This document shows positions 19,801 through 29,171 of a DNA stretch of 64,000 nt, in pieces. The position numbers were made by a program, and so were the translations under genes. Under the pieces are notes generated by a model, which did not search any database, was not told the DNA's origin, and was given only the letters and a program-made list of their open reading frames with translations. Each line of letters starts with the position of its first letter. The first letter of the stretch is position 1. This stretch comes from a virus (Duplodnaviria; Caudoviricetes): positions 771-64,770 of IMG/VR virus record IMGVR_UViG_3300031718_000109; one strand, written 5' to 3'.

Positions 19801-20063
19801 GCCTGCGCATCCGTTGCCGCCACCAGGCGCGACTGCGCACCCTCCACCCGCGCAGTCGCCAGAGACACCGCGTCAGCGCCCGACGCGGTCTTCAGCAGCC
19901 CCTCATCAATCTTCTTACCCGCAGTGTCGGTAATCCCGGCGGCGCGTTCCATCGTCGTGGTGAACTTGTTAACCGACCCGTCAATCTTCGCGTAGATCTG
20001 GCTGGCCTTGTCAACCGCCTCCACGATCGCCAGGACCGTGAACGCCTCACCGAGCAGCCCCAT
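16854..20063 (-). CDS. Tape measure protein
   Basis: ~1070 aa, Ala/Gly-rich helical, TP901-like core, W-spaced repeats and TM segments. Confidence 0.92.
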   Translation of the reverse strand: MGLLGEAFTVLAIVEAVDKASQIYAKIDGSVNKFTTTMERAAGITDTAGKKIDEGLLKTASGADAVSLATARVEGAQSRLVAATDAQANAERSLLDAQTKAAAAADDDAIAQSRLATAAETLVKAQEDAAKATKALGDAQKVQSDTMAAQAAADAAAADGAKKSGKAAKDAGQDAEDSGGKWGSFAAGAGKASIALGLVAGVAVKMAGDFQSSTAHLVTDAGETQANLTKVQQGILNIATATGTSTSDLVNGMYHIESAGYHGAAGLTMLQTAAEGAKVGNANLDTVSRALVGSMNAYGAGANQSTAYMNQLIATVGSGDLRMEDLASAMSSVTASAAAAHIPFAQLGGAIATMTAQGMTANQATQDLNHTIGALSNPNNVQIKEMQAMGIQSNQISKDLGKQGLTGTFAELTNAVLQHVKGGDVLISTFNASQQAAADANIEIKAMPPNLAKMAEGYLNGSVTASQWTADMKNVPGNLHTMMSQFATTAGKTHQFNDALAKGGPAAQTYNAAMSKLMGGTVGLNTALMLTGSHTVAFNQNVGTVADAAKKGGTQVANWSVIQGTFNQKLDVLKSSAQVAGIALGTALLPMVQKIVGVVVDVAKPIAEWINSHQKLTAIVMGSIAGFLLLVTAINMITKVAKGVKSAFDAVNTTVHAVGKMFGFFSDEAATAATSADAAAVSTDTLAASADGAAVSEEGAAVATDAANTSLLGTVIAAGRAVIVWTAQKIAMVAGTVATWAATAATWALGVAIDFATGPIGLIIIGIVALVAVFVFLWEKFSWFRDYWIIQWDIIKDTAIAVWNAIKDFFTKIIPEILDWITGHWRLIISIIGGPLGLVIALVTKYWSDIKKWFMDGVNAVLNTVMWFAKLPGMFANWLAGVATAVGNGINTVVTWFKNLPGTILGLLADAGSWLINVGKEVISGLWNGISNAAGGLLDKVKGLANDVTGAFKSVWNVLSPSRVMADEVGKYIPLGIAVGITENTGAIDEAVRRAGNVAVTGLHSSLNVSGLTANPAGAGGAGGGGQLYIDLRGSQVMSNNDMDMLVNKIGRAIATRVLPAGGVRINLQ

Positions 20064-20285
20064 AGCGCGGCCCTCCCTTACTCCCGGATTGGGTGGCCCG
20101 CGCATGTTCCTCGCGGCAGATCAGGTCAATGAACGTGATGTAGTCGATGACCTCCTGGACCGGACGGGCCAGGAGGTCATCAAGGGTAATCCCCAACCGC
20201 TCATGCAGCTGGCTTTCAAGCCGGAATTTCTGCAAGCTTTCCGGCCCGGGGCTTCCCGACCTTATCGCTGACATCGACTCCATCA
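20047..20285 (-). CDS. Tail assembly chaperone, frameshifted C-terminal extension
   Basis: Open +1 frame ending HERLGITLDDLLARP..., which fills the gap up to the tape measure. Confidence 0.6.
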
Positions 20286-20647
20286 GGAAATCGACGCTGT
20301 GCCGCCTTGTCCCGCTTGCCCGGCGCCGCGTCAACCTGCTGCCACACCAGGTCAAACACGTCGTCCGGGAGCTTGCCCACGTGCTCAAAGTCAACCGGCC
20401 AGATAGTGCCGTCCTCGTTATCCAGGTTCCATTCCTTGATGTGCGCCAGCACCAGCTGCCGCCGGTACCGGGTGACATCCGGGTTGACGTTCGCCTGCGT
20501 GCCGTTGATCTTCATCTCCGACAGCGCCTTCTCCGCTGCTTCCCGCTCGTGGTAGGTGATGTGCTCACGCACATCAATGTAGTAGTCCAGGCCGGTGGGG
20601 CCGACGTTCAGGCGGTAGATGCCCTCATAGGAAGACAGGAAGGCCAT
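20216..20647 (-). CDS. Tail assembly chaperone
   Basis: Between tail tube and tape measure; IKEWNL..EDG..P motif. Confidence 0.75.
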   Translation of the reverse strand: MAFLSSYEGIYRLNVGPTGLDYYIDVREHITYHEREAAEKALSEMKINGTQANVNPDVTRYRRQLVLAHIKEWNLDNEDGTIWPVDFEHVGKLPDDVFDLVWQQVDAAPGKRDKAAQRRFPDGVDVSDKVGKPRAGKLAEIPA

Positions 20648-20677
20648 GGGTTCCTCTTTCAGTGGTTAATGGTTGGC

Positions 20678-22114
20678 TTAGTACGCGACGTAGGTGTTGT
20701 TCACTACGACGGCGTTAATCGTGTACAAAGTGCTACCTGCCAGAGGGCGCGAAGCCTCGTACGTCAAGGTAGACATCACCACATCTTCCATCTTCAGATC
20801 GTTCGCGAACTTCGCCAGAACAACCTGCGGCATGTTGAAGTAGATAGTGCCGCCGTTAGACGGGTGCACCAGGGAGAACTGCAACGCCCCCAGAGTGCCG
20901 TTCACCATCTTGTTGAAGTCACCGTAGGTGGAGTCATCCAGCGAATCCCACACCAGGTCCAGGGTGCCGTTCACCATCAGCGTGCACGGAGTGATATACG
21001 AAGGCCCGTGCTGGTTGGAGAAGGTGTACGTCTCCTTCAACCCGTTATCAATCGCAAGGTTCACCACGCTGACCTCAGTACGCAGCGTATTGAACATCGT
21101 CAGGTTAGCCTCAGCGAACACATACGGCTCTTCGTTCACCAACGTCACCCCGGTAGGGGTGTCCATCACCGCCACGCTACGGCCGGACAGGTCCGTGGTG
21201 GTCTCCACCGGCGTGTTACCCGCCGACGCCTTGACGTTGAACTTCCCAATGCGGCACCCGGCGAACTGCAACGACTGGAAACCGCCGATGTTCTTTTCCA
21301 CCGTCAACGACGGCAGCGTGTTCTGCTCAATGATCGTGTGCGTGTACGGCGCAACCACCAGGGTGACCTGAGACGCATTAGCGTGCCCGTACACCAACGC
21401 CACATCCAGCGTCAGCGTGGTGGACACAACGTTGGTGACCTTACGGATTTCTGAGGTGCGCGAGCCGGATACAGAGTTCACGTCAATCTGGATGAACGTA
21501 CCCACAGTGATACCGGTAGCGGAGGTCACCGTAACCGACGTAGCGTTCGCCGCCGACAAAGCCGACAGCGTCGTCGTGGTACCCGTGGTGACCGCCACCG
21601 TGGACGCATGCGCGTAGGTGAGCGGATCCGCCACCGTGACCACCGCACCGGCAACGTTAGTGATCAACCGGAACTCCTGGAGCCCGGCCACATCCACAAC
21701 GATCTGCTGACCGATCACAAACCCGGTGCCGGACGTCAACGTAATCGACGTCGCACCCGCCACCGACGAAAGGCTCAACGTCGTAGACGTCGGAGTAGCA
21801 GCCGGAGCTGCGACCCCCCACCCGACGGCGGCGTCTTTGCCGATGGAGCAGACCAGCAGCTCCATGGCCTCAGACGGGAACAGCGGGCCCGTAAGCGCCC
21901 CGGTGTACTTAGCCTCACCGTACAGGTTATAAACCTGCTTATCACGCAGGTTCTGCATGACGGGCGGCGAGAACCAGCCCGGGTCCTCCTCCATGGAGTT
22001 AGCCGTCATCGGCTGGAACGAGGTGGCGGCCACCGGCGTGCCGAACACGGACTCAACCGCTAGCCCGGTTGCCGAGAGGGCACCGCTCTTTTCTGCAAAG
22101 GTAGGAAACGGCAC
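20678..22114 (-). CDS. Major tail (tube) protein with two inserted repeats
   Basis: ESVFGTP, LPSLTVEK..FAGCRI; tandem TTLS..A.ATS.T.TS repeats. Confidence 0.8.
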   Translation of the reverse strand: MPFPTFAEKSGALSATGLAVESVFGTPVAATSFQPMTANSMEEDPGWFSPPVMQNLRDKQVYNLYGEAKYTGALTGPLFPSEAMELLVCSIGKDAAVGWGVAAPAATPTSTTLSLSSVAGATSITLTSGTGFVIGQQIVVDVAGLQEFRLITNVAGAVVTVADPLTYAHASTVAVTTGTTTTLSALSAANATSVTVTSATGITVGTFIQIDVNSVSGSRTSEIRKVTNVVSTTLTLDVALVYGHANASQVTLVVAPYTHTIIEQNTLPSLTVEKNIGGFQSLQFAGCRIGKFNVKASAGNTPVETTTDLSGRSVAVMDTPTGVTLVNEEPYVFAEANLTMFNTLRTEVSVVNLAIDNGLKETYTFSNQHGPSYITPCTLMVNGTLDLVWDSLDDSTYGDFNKMVNGTLGALQFSLVHPSNGGTIYFNMPQVVLAKFANDLKMEDVVMSTLTYEASRPLAGSTLYTINAVVVNNTYVAY

Positions 22115-22122
22115 AGGGCTCC

Positions 22123-22365
22123 TTAAACGGTCGCGGTGTCACCTGCGGGCGCCGCCTCAGGCTCAACAGCCTTAGGCGGCACGGCAGGCTCAGACGGGGT
22201 CTTGCGGGCCTTAGGCTTCACGGGCGGCACCTGCACCACGTCAGCGCGCCGCAACAGCGGCTCCGTCTGATCGTCCGGCACCTCAAACTCATCACCGGGT
22301 TCCACCGCGCCCACCATCGGATGGTTAAACGCCACCGGGCTCACCCCGATGTATCGCAGTCTCAT
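22123..22365 (-). CDS. Small virion-associated protein
   Basis: MRLRYIG..VEPGDEFEVPD. Confidence 0.55.
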   Translation of the reverse strand: MRLRYIGVSPVAFNHPMVGAVEPGDEFEVPDDQTEPLLRRADVVQVPPVKPKARKTPSEPAVPPKAVEPEAAPAGDTATV

Positions 22366-22859
22366 TGCCCCAACGCCTCCTGCATAATCTCCGTGAATGT
22401 TTCCTGCACCCAGTCCATGAGCTCTTCCATAGCCCGCCGGTGAAACGGGTTAGCCGTGGTACCCGGATGGTTCACATGCGCCTGCGTGCCGCGTGGACCG
22501 ACGAACCGTTCCACCCCGCCCTGCGCGAAATGCAGATACCTTGCGGCTACCGGCCAGATCTCATGGGCTTTGGTACCGCCGATCACGTATCCGGCGTACG
22601 GGGTGTACGCAGTGAACGTCGCCGTCGTAGAACCCCCGGTACCGCCGCGCTCATACCGGATAGAAGACCGCAGACGCCCAGGCCGGGACTGAGTGGCAAT
22701 AGTGCCGCTAGCCACCTCCTGCGGCTGGCCTACCGGCGCCGCCGCTTTCATTGCATCCCGGATCACCGGGCCGATAGTGTCCGCCCACTTAGCGGACGCA
22801 ACCTTCCACTGGAACTGCAACCTCGGGTTATCCCCGGAAACCCTCATAGTGGTGCTCAC
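22362..22859 (-). CDS. Head-tail/neck protein (HK97 gp10-like)
   Basis: GRLRSSI, YAGYVIGGT, VNHPGT.ANPF. Confidence 0.75.
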   Translation of the reverse strand: MSTTMRVSGDNPRLQFQWKVASAKWADTIGPVIRDAMKAAAPVGQPQEVASGTIATQSRPGRLRSSIRYERGGTGGSTTATFTAYTPYAGYVIGGTKAHEIWPVAARYLHFAQGGVERFVGPRGTQAHVNHPGTTANPFHRRAMEELMDWVQETFTEIMQEALGQ

Positions 22860-23380
22860 GCCTGCACCGCCTCGTAAATGTCCAGCGCCAACCGGGCTGA
22901 GTAGTACAACATCCGCAGCGTCGCCGGGGTATGCAAAGCGGAGTACTCCAACTCAAAGTCCTCACCGATACCCAGGATCTGCGTGAGCCCCGCAGCCGGA
23001 GCCGTGAACGTGTTCCCCAACCCGTCAATAAAGATCGGCATCTGCGTCGTGAAATACGCGGACAGCACCGCGTCAATGATCTGCGGGAAATCCGTGTCAT
23101 TCCCCGGCGCATCCGGGTTGGACAGGTACACCAGGTACACATCCACCGTCCACGCCAGATGCTTGAACCCGCTGGTGCCGTCCACAATCGTGTGCCCCGC
23201 CCTGATACGCGGAGCGGTCTGGCGTTTCCCGCGCAGCCGGGCCCCCCACACATACGCGCGCGGCCCGTCCAGATCCTCCAGCGTCGGCGGCGTCACATAC
23301 GCCGTCAACGCCGGAATACCGTCAGTGACCACCAGGCCGTCAATGATGTTCTTCACATACAGCTGCACACCAGTAAGCAC
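22856..23380 (-). CDS. Putative tail terminator/completion protein
   Basis: Position and size. Confidence 0.5.
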   Translation of the reverse strand: MLTGVQLYVKNIIDGLVVTDGIPALTAYVTPPTLEDLDGPRAYVWGARLRGKRQTAPRIRAGHTIVDGTSGFKHLAWTVDVYLVYLSNPDAPGNDTDFPQIIDAVLSAYFTTQMPIFIDGLGNTFTAPAAGLTQILGIGEDFELEYSALHTPATLRMLYYSARLALDIYEAVQA

Positions 23381-23387
23381 AGACCCC

Positions 23388-24338
23388 CTAGATGACGCGG
23401 CGGTACGGATTGAGGATCTGCTTGTACTCCGCCTCCAACGCCGCCACCCCGTGACCACCCACCGTGTTAGACCCCGGAAGGTTCTGAATGGTCACCGCCT
23501 GGATACCGGACTCAAGCGCCTGCACCGTGCACGCCAGTGCCGCCGCCCAGATCACATCCGCAGGCAACGCGGAAACCACCACCTGCGCCGGAGAAGAACC
23601 CGCATGCGCGAACGTCGTGCCGGTAGCCAACGTCAGCGTCCCCGGCCCCGCAGGCGCCGTGCCGCCGCCGTTGGGCAGCGTCTCCATAGTGACCGCGCTG
23701 ACCGAGGTGACCTTCACCGTCTCCGTGGACGTCCCGTCATACATCATCGCCGTAGCCCCAGCAAACCCGGTCACATCATCCACGAACAGTGAAGTAGAGC
23801 CCACGGTGCACGACTCCGTGAGTCCTGCGTGCGGCCAGCCGTTGAGGTAGGTGCAAGACAGCAGGAACCCGTTGCGGCCGTTCATCCACGACGCGGTACC
23901 CGCACCCAGGTAGACGGTCTGCCCACCGGAGCCGCCGGAGGACGCTGCGGTGTAGGAGCCGTAGGTGCCCAGCACCGGGGAGTCAATCCGCCACGCCCCC
24001 GCCGTCACCGGGGACCACTGCGGCGGCAGCGTGTTGAACGCGAACTGCGCGGCCAGGATCTGGGTGACCGGCCAGCGCTCCAGAATCCACCGGACTTGGC
24101 CGGTGGAGTTGTCGATCGTAATGTAGTAGTTAGGGCCCTGAGAAGTCTCGGTATCGATCGTCGCGCGGAAGATCTGGTTGACGTACCCGTTGACCATCGC
24201 GGTCGCCCGGTGACAGATGTTCGTCTGCTCCGCGAGCTGCTGTTCCATCGTCGCTTTGGGCATCGGAATGATATTCCATGAGATACCCGTAGGAGCACTA
24301 GTCAGCATGCTCGGAGTGATGTAGGGGGTACCCAACAC
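23388..24338 (-). CDS. Head-tail adaptor
   Basis: PYIT..L, ATAMVNGY, LPADVIWA, ILNPYRR terminus. Confidence 0.7.
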   Translation of the reverse strand: MLGTPYITPSMLTSAPTGISWNIIPMPKATMEQQLAEQTNICHRATAMVNGYVNQIFRATIDTETSQGPNYYITIDNSTGQVRWILERWPVTQILAAQFAFNTLPPQWSPVTAGAWRIDSPVLGTYGSYTAASSGGSGGQTVYLGAGTASWMNGRNGFLLSCTYLNGWPHAGLTESCTVGSTSLFVDDVTGFAGATAMMYDGTSTETVKVTSVSAVTMETLPNGGGTAPAGPGTLTLATGTTFAHAGSSPAQVVVSALPADVIWAAALACTVQALESGIQAVTIQNLPGSNTVGGHGVAALEAEYKQILNPYRRVI

Positions 24339-24344
24339 GTCACC

Positions 24345-24455
24345 TCACCTGATCAGGCGGCGCTGACAGCCCGCGCACATCCATCGGTCATCGGCCCACC
24401 CGCCATGCTTCAAACAGAACAAGGCGCCGCAATCCCGGCACACCTCAGCAGGCAT
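24345..24455 (-). CDS. Tiny Zn-finger protein
   Basis: CRDC..FCLKH..CAGC. Confidence 0.35.
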   Translation of the reverse strand: MPAEVCRDCGALFCLKHGGWADDRWMCAGCQRRLIR

Positions 24456-24507
24456 ATGCCGCCCGTGACCGGAACACCACCGGCAGGAATTGCGGCGCCT
24501 CATACCC

Positions 24508-25098
24508 TTAGCTCTCCGCAGCTTCCCGCAGCACCGCGATCTGGTCTTCCTTAGACCGGGTGACCCGCAGACCCCGCTGCACGGCAAGCTCCTTAAGCTG
24601 ACCGAACGTCAACTCCTCCAACGGCGTACCGTCCTGCGGCTCCGGCGCGGCATCCTCGGGCTCCTCTGCGGGCTCCGCGTCCTGCGGCTCCACCACACCT
24701 TCCAGCGCGCCCTGCGGCACCGCCAGGGCCGCCTGAGGGGCCGCCAAAGCCTGGTTCTGCTGCATATTCGCCAGCAACGCCATCAGAATCTCCGGGAGAT
24801 TCCCCAGCTTCGCCAACTCCGTCAACGCCGCCGCCGTAGAAGCCGCCTGGTCATGCGCCCCACGCTTCTCCACGTCCTCCCGGATCACCACCTCATCCGG
24901 GGTCTCCGGCACCGCCTGCGGCGTACCCGCCCACAACGGGTCACTACGCAGGAAATCCTCACAGCCACCCGGGCAGTTCAACGCCCAGTGCTTAACCGGT
25001 GCGCCCTGCACCACGGGTCGGGTGTGCAGCTTCCCGCACCCTCCGTGCTCCAGGGAAATAGCCGTCGCGCACACATCGTTGCGCGCCCAAACCGTCAT
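24508..25098 (-). CDS. Hypothetical protein with C-terminal SAP/Rho-N-like helix-extended-helix
   Basis: LEELTFGQLKELA..RGL....SKEDQI. Confidence 0.6.
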   Translation of the reverse strand: MTVWARNDVCATAISLEHGGCGKLHTRPVVQGAPVKHWALNCPGGCEDFLRSDPLWAGTPQAVPETPDEVVIREDVEKRGAHDQAASTAAALTELAKLGNLPEILMALLANMQQNQALAAPQAALAVPQGALEGVVEPQDAEPAEEPEDAAPEPQDGTPLEELTFGQLKELAVQRGLRVTRSKEDQIAVLREAAES

Positions 25099-25126
25099 AG
25101 CTCACTCCTTCAATCAATAGGGGATG

Positions 25127-25402
25127 TCACACCTTGAAGGTCTCTTCGCCACACCGGTGGCAGACCTTCGTCCACGTGTTCCAAAGCCACTTGCAGCTAG
25201 GGCACTTACGGCCCTTCTGCGTCCCGAACGCCTGCGTACCAGAAGCGTCAATCAGGCCGGTCTCACCGAACTGACCCGACTCAATAGCACCCGCATGCCG
25301 ATCACTCACCGTCACATACCCGCCCGGCTTAGACGCCGTATACCGGGTACCGTCCTTACAATCCAAACCCTTACAGCCAGGCGGCAACTGCACCTTAACC
25401 AT
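25127..25402 (-). CDS. Zn-ribbon protein
   Basis: CPSC...CHRC; GGAGG RBS. Confidence 0.6.
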   Translation of the reverse strand: MVKVQLPPGCKGLDCKDGTRYTASKPGGYVTVSDRHAGAIESGQFGETGLIDASGTQAFGTQKGRKCPSCKWLWNTWTKVCHRCGEETFKV

Positions 25403-25414
25403 CGCGACCTCCTA

Positions 25415-25774
25415 CTACTTCGGCAGCACCCACACCGAAACCGTGTGAGCAATCGTGTCCGGATTGGTGGCGAAGACCTGGACGTACTTGCTCGGGTAGT
25501 TGTTGGTGGTACTTGCGCCGACGGAAAGGGGGCCCGTGTATTCGACCCCGACGCCGAGAATCGGCAGATTATAGTGCTCGCCATCCAGGCTGCTGAACAA
25601 ACTCACCCCGATCCCGCTGGGGTAGTTGATAGCCTCACCAACACTGACCTGCATGGCGTAGTGTGCGGCCGGTTCAGGCAACTGAAACGTAGCAATCGCC
25701 ACGTTAGTGTCCGTTCCAGCTGGAACGGACACGATGTCCGCAACCTTCGTTACATCATTAAGGGGGATTTCCAT
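25415..25774 (-). CDS. Putative virion structural protein
   Basis: AGGAG RBS; beta-rich. Confidence 0.5.
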   Translation of the reverse strand: MEIPLNDVTKVADIVSVPAGTDTNVAIATFQLPEPAAHYAMQVSVGEAINYPSGIGVSLFSSLDGEHYNLPILGVGVEYTGPLSVGASTTNNYPSKYVQVFATNPDTIAHTVSVWVLPK

Positions 25775-25779
25775 GGCTC

Positions 25780-26094
25780 CTACTGTGCGCTTGAAACAAG
25801 CCAGCTGACAGCGCCGCTGATGGTGCCGCCGGTGGCCACAATAACGCTCAACGTCGTACCCTTTGACCCGGGAAACGTTGGGATCGTTACCGGCGGCGCG
25901 CCGGTCGGGATAGCGAAACCGTTGATCTGACCCGTTTGACTCGCAGTCACTCCGGCCGCCACGTAGATCGTGGCGCCGCACGTGTTACTGATGACCACCG
26001 CACCGACACCCGGCGGCACCGTACACAGCTGGGCGGCCACAGTCGTACTCAGCGCCGGAAGGCTGCTGCCGGTAAGGGAACCGCCGTCGATCAT
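25780..26094 (-). CDS. Putative decoration protein
   Basis: Beta-rich; similar to 26927-27259. Confidence 0.5.
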   Translation of the reverse strand: MIDGGSLTGSSLPALSTTVAAQLCTVPPGVGAVVISNTCGATIYVAAGVTASQTGQINGFAIPTGAPPVTIPTFPGSKGTTLSVIVATGGTISGAVSWLVSSAQ

Positions 26095-26864
26095 TAGTTG
26101 ACTCCGACCCAGTACGCAAACGCGTTGGTCGCGCTGTTGCTCGCCACAGTCAGTGACGTCGGGATAGTCGTGGTGTTACCAGTGGTGTTCACGGCGAACG
26201 GGAACTTAGCTGCCGTGTTACCGAACGTGGTGAGCGAGCCCATGAACTGCGGGCCCGTCGTGGCTGCGCCCTGCCCGGTGAAACAGCTAAGGACCGGCAG
26301 CGTGGTGCCCGCGTTGAACGAGAACGCAGCCCAGTAGTTACCGCCGCCCGCAGGCACCGTGTACGCCGCCGTAAGCGGCGCCTGAATCGGGCCGGTGTTG
26401 GTACCGATGGCCGTGGTCAGGTCCGCCGTGATACCCACGCGCGCACCCGCGAAGGTGTACAGGCCGCCGAAGTTCTGCCCCGAGGTCGCACCGGAAGCTG
26501 CGGTAGCGATACGGAACCACAGGTTCGTGACAACGGTGCCGCCCTGAAGCACCAGCTTCGCCAGGTACAGAGTGCCACCGGTAGTAACACCGCCGCCGGT
26601 CTGCTGCCCCTGGACGTATGGGAAGTCCCACGCCAGCAGACCTGCGGAGCTAGGCGTCATCGCCTCGTTGAAGTCGTTCGCGGGCGCGGCCCCCATAGAA
26701 ATGGCGCCGTTAGCCGCGAACGAACCGTTGACCGTGACCGTCGAGCCCGGGTCTGCCGTGAACGTGGAGCCCGCCCGCATCTCAACGGTCGCGTCCTCCC
26801 ACACATTCGACAATTCGAGCCGAGTGCCGAACGGGGCCGTGAAGCCCGCATCAGCATCAGGCAT
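26094..26864 (-). CDS. Putative head fibre/decoration protein
   Basis: Gly/Thr/Ala-rich beta protein downstream of the capsid gene. Confidence 0.5.
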   Translation of the reverse strand: MPDADAGFTAPFGTRLELSNVWEDATVEMRAGSTFTADPGSTVTVNGSFAANGAISMGAAPANDFNEAMTPSSAGLLAWDFPYVQGQQTGGGVTTGGTLYLAKLVLQGGTVVTNLWFRIATAASGATSGQNFGGLYTFAGARVGITADLTTAIGTNTGPIQAPLTAAYTVPAGGGNYWAAFSFNAGTTLPVLSCFTGQGAATTGPQFMGSLTTFGNTAAKFPFAVNTTGNTTTIPTSLTVASNSATNAFAYWVGVN

Positions 26865-26926
26865 ATGATCTCTCCCTTGCGAGAAGGGGGCCCAGCGCAA
26901 ACCAGGCCCCACGACACTCGGAATGC

Positions 26927-27259
26927 TTAGACGTTCACCGACACCGACGCCGGACCAGCCAACGAAGACGTCAGCGTGGAGCTCGATGCCGCGATGGCGT
27001 AGATGTCAAAGTTCGTGGACGACTGAAGCGCACCGAACCCGTTGATCGTCACCTGCGCGCCCGCAGGCACCCGCAGACCGGTGGAAGCAGTCACAGTGGA
27101 CTGGCCGATGAACATGGTGTTAGGGCCCGTGTTCACCACGGTCACATCACCGATCGTGACGCCGGTGGGGATGCCGGAGGCATCCGAGTCGAAGATGAGG
27201 GTGGCGGTGCTCAGCACGGATGCCTTCTGCGTCGCTACCCCGGTGGCGAAAATGCCCAT
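26927..27259 (-). CDS. Putative decoration protein
   Basis: GAAAGGA RBS; first gene after the capsid gene. Confidence 0.55.
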   Translation of the reverse strand: MGIFATGVATQKASVLSTATLIFDSDASGIPTGVTIGDVTVVNTGPNTMFIGQSTVTASTGLRVPAGAQVTINGFGALQSSTNFDIYAIAASSSTLTSSLAGPASVSVNV

Positions 27260-27280
27260 GCGTGTTCCTTTCCAGGCATG

Positions 27281-27318
27281 ACAGCGCCCCCGGCACCTCA
27301 AAGTGCCGGGGGCGCTGT
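27281..27318 (-). terminator. Hairpin/terminator after major capsid gene
   Basis: acagcgcccccggcac-ctcaaa-gtgccgggggcgctgt, perfect 16-bp stem. Confidence 0.7.
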
Positions 27319-27321
27319 GGA

Positions 27322-29133
27322 CTAGCTGAAGGGGGTGGTGTCCGAGACCTGGAGGCCCTGGAGGATGCCCGAGTACTGCGGGGCGTGCGCACACAAAGCC
27401 CCGTACATGAAGATCGAGTACCGGAACGTGGCGTCGATCACAGGCCATGCGATCGACACGTAGTCCTGCACCATCGTCATCTCCCACGCGTTGGACACGT
27501 TGGTCCAGGTCTGCGGGAGCTGGTACGTCATGAGCATCGCGGTGCCCTGCGTCAACCAGGGGTGCACCACCATCTTCAAGACGGACCGGGTGATGGGGTT
27601 CTGGAACTCCGAGACGGCCGCGCCGACGCGGACTCCGGCGACGTCCGCCTGATCAATGAACAGCCGGTACGCGGTGGCGGAGCCCTGGCTGATGACGTCG
27701 TTGGACAGGCGCATGATGTCGCCGCCCTCACCGACGATCTCCGCCGGGTCCGCACGGAACGCACCCGGGTTGTTGGACCCGGAGTTGTCCCACAGCTGCT
27801 GGAGCGCCGTGTAGATGGCGTTGTAGCTCAGGTGGGTGCCAACCGACTGGTTGATGTACCCGCCCTGCCAGCCCGCCGGGTAGACGCCGTTGGCAGACTT
27901 ACCCGTCAACGTCGGAATGATCCCCTCCATGCGGGTGTCCGAGCCGGTGCCGGTGTCAGACGCCGGGGGAGTCACCGTAGCGGGCAGCGAGGCGAACCCC
28001 TGGAGGGTGTACTTCACGCCGCCGACGTTGGAGGCCAGCAGGTAGTAGCTGGTGCCGTCGTACCCGTAGATGTTGTACGACTGCGCACCGGCCACCGCCG
28101 GGATGGTCACGTCCACAACCTGACCGGCGGCCACCGTGAACGTGGTGGACGCGGTGGAGACGGCGGTGGAGCCGTAGTAGTTGGTGGCGGCGACCTTCAC
28201 GGCCTGAAGGGTGGTGTTGAGCGCAGTCTCGTTGGAGCCTGCGGTGCGCACCGTGGCGGTAGGCGTGCCGGGGGTGGCCAGGTTAGTGGCCGTGGCCGAC
28301 AGCATCTGGTATTCCTCGCCGAGCATCATCTCCTGTAGCAAGATGAGATTAGCAAGGGCTGAAATATCCTCGAACCCTTGCCCGGCGAACTGCGCAAGCC
28401 AAGACAGGGACTCAGTCAAACCGAAGAAACGGTAAGGAATATTGAGCTGCACCTGGGTCTGCGAGCCCGCACCGGGAATGTTCAACGGCCACGTAGTGGA
28501 CGCCAACGTACCGGTGGACTGCACCAGCTCCGGGATAGAGATGTCAATGACACCCTGGCCGCCGGTCTGCGAACCGGAGATACCGGTGAACGTCCGCTCA
28601 ATGCGGCTGGTGCCCTGACCCGCAGGACGCGGCAGCTTGTTGCGGAACACCGTGTACACCGGGTAGATCAACCGGCTTGGCGCCAGCAGATCAAACGGCA
28701 CCAGGCCGTAGGAGGTGCCGATGCCGAGGTTACCGGCGGTAAAGCTACGGGTCAGGTCAGGATTGCCGATCGCGCCGACAATCTGCTGCAACTGCTCGTT
28801 CATCGACGGCGCGGACAGCGCGGTCTTCAAGTTGCCGAACTGGTTGAGGAAGTCACCGTTGAGGGACTTCACGACCGAGTTGCGGTCGGTGTACCCACGG
28901 TTGGTCTCAGTGCGCAGCTCAATGGCTGCCTGCTGGGCCTTGGTGGTGACGATCAGGGGGTCAGACAGCGGCGCGTTGCCGGTGCCGACGTAACCGGCGC
29001 CCTTGACGAGCTCAGGCATCTTGGCCTTGAGCATGTCTCCGGTGCGGTTGTAGCGGTGTGCCTCAGCGGCAGCCGCCCGGGTCGCATTCCCCGCCTGCGG
29101 GGGTGCGTCCTCCATGGTCAGGATCTCAGCCAC
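27322..29133 (-). CDS. Major capsid protein (HK97-type) with inserted Ig/FN3-like domain
   Basis: Follows the protease; strong RBS and codon bias; PFDL.AP..LIYP...RNKLPR, VHPWL, YGAL..AP. Confidence 0.8.
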   Translation of the reverse strand: MAEILTMEDAPPQAGNATRAAAAEAHRYNRTGDMLKAKMPELVKGAGYVGTGNAPLSDPLIVTTKAQQAAIELRTETNRGYTDRNSVVKSLNGDFLNQFGNLKTALSAPSMNEQLQQIVGAIGNPDLTRSFTAGNLGIGTSYGLVPFDLLAPSRLIYPVYTVFRNKLPRPAGQGTSRIERTFTGISGSQTGGQGVIDISIPELVQSTGTLASTTWPLNIPGAGSQTQVQLNIPYRFFGLTESLSWLAQFAGQGFEDISALANLILLQEMMLGEEYQMLSATATNLATPGTPTATVRTAGSNETALNTTLQAVKVAATNYYGSTAVSTASTTFTVAAGQVVDVTIPAVAGAQSYNIYGYDGTSYYLLASNVGGVKYTLQGFASLPATVTPPASDTGTGSDTRMEGIIPTLTGKSANGVYPAGWQGGYINQSVGTHLSYNAIYTALQQLWDNSGSNNPGAFRADPAEIVGEGGDIMRLSNDVISQGSATAYRLFIDQADVAGVRVGAAVSEFQNPITRSVLKMVVHPWLTQGTAMLMTYQLPQTWTNVSNAWEMTMVQDYVSIAWPVIDATFRYSIFMYGALCAHAPQYSGILQGLQVSDTTPFS

Positions 29134-29171
29134 GGAGTACTCCTTTCAATGGCACTTACGGACAAACGGGT

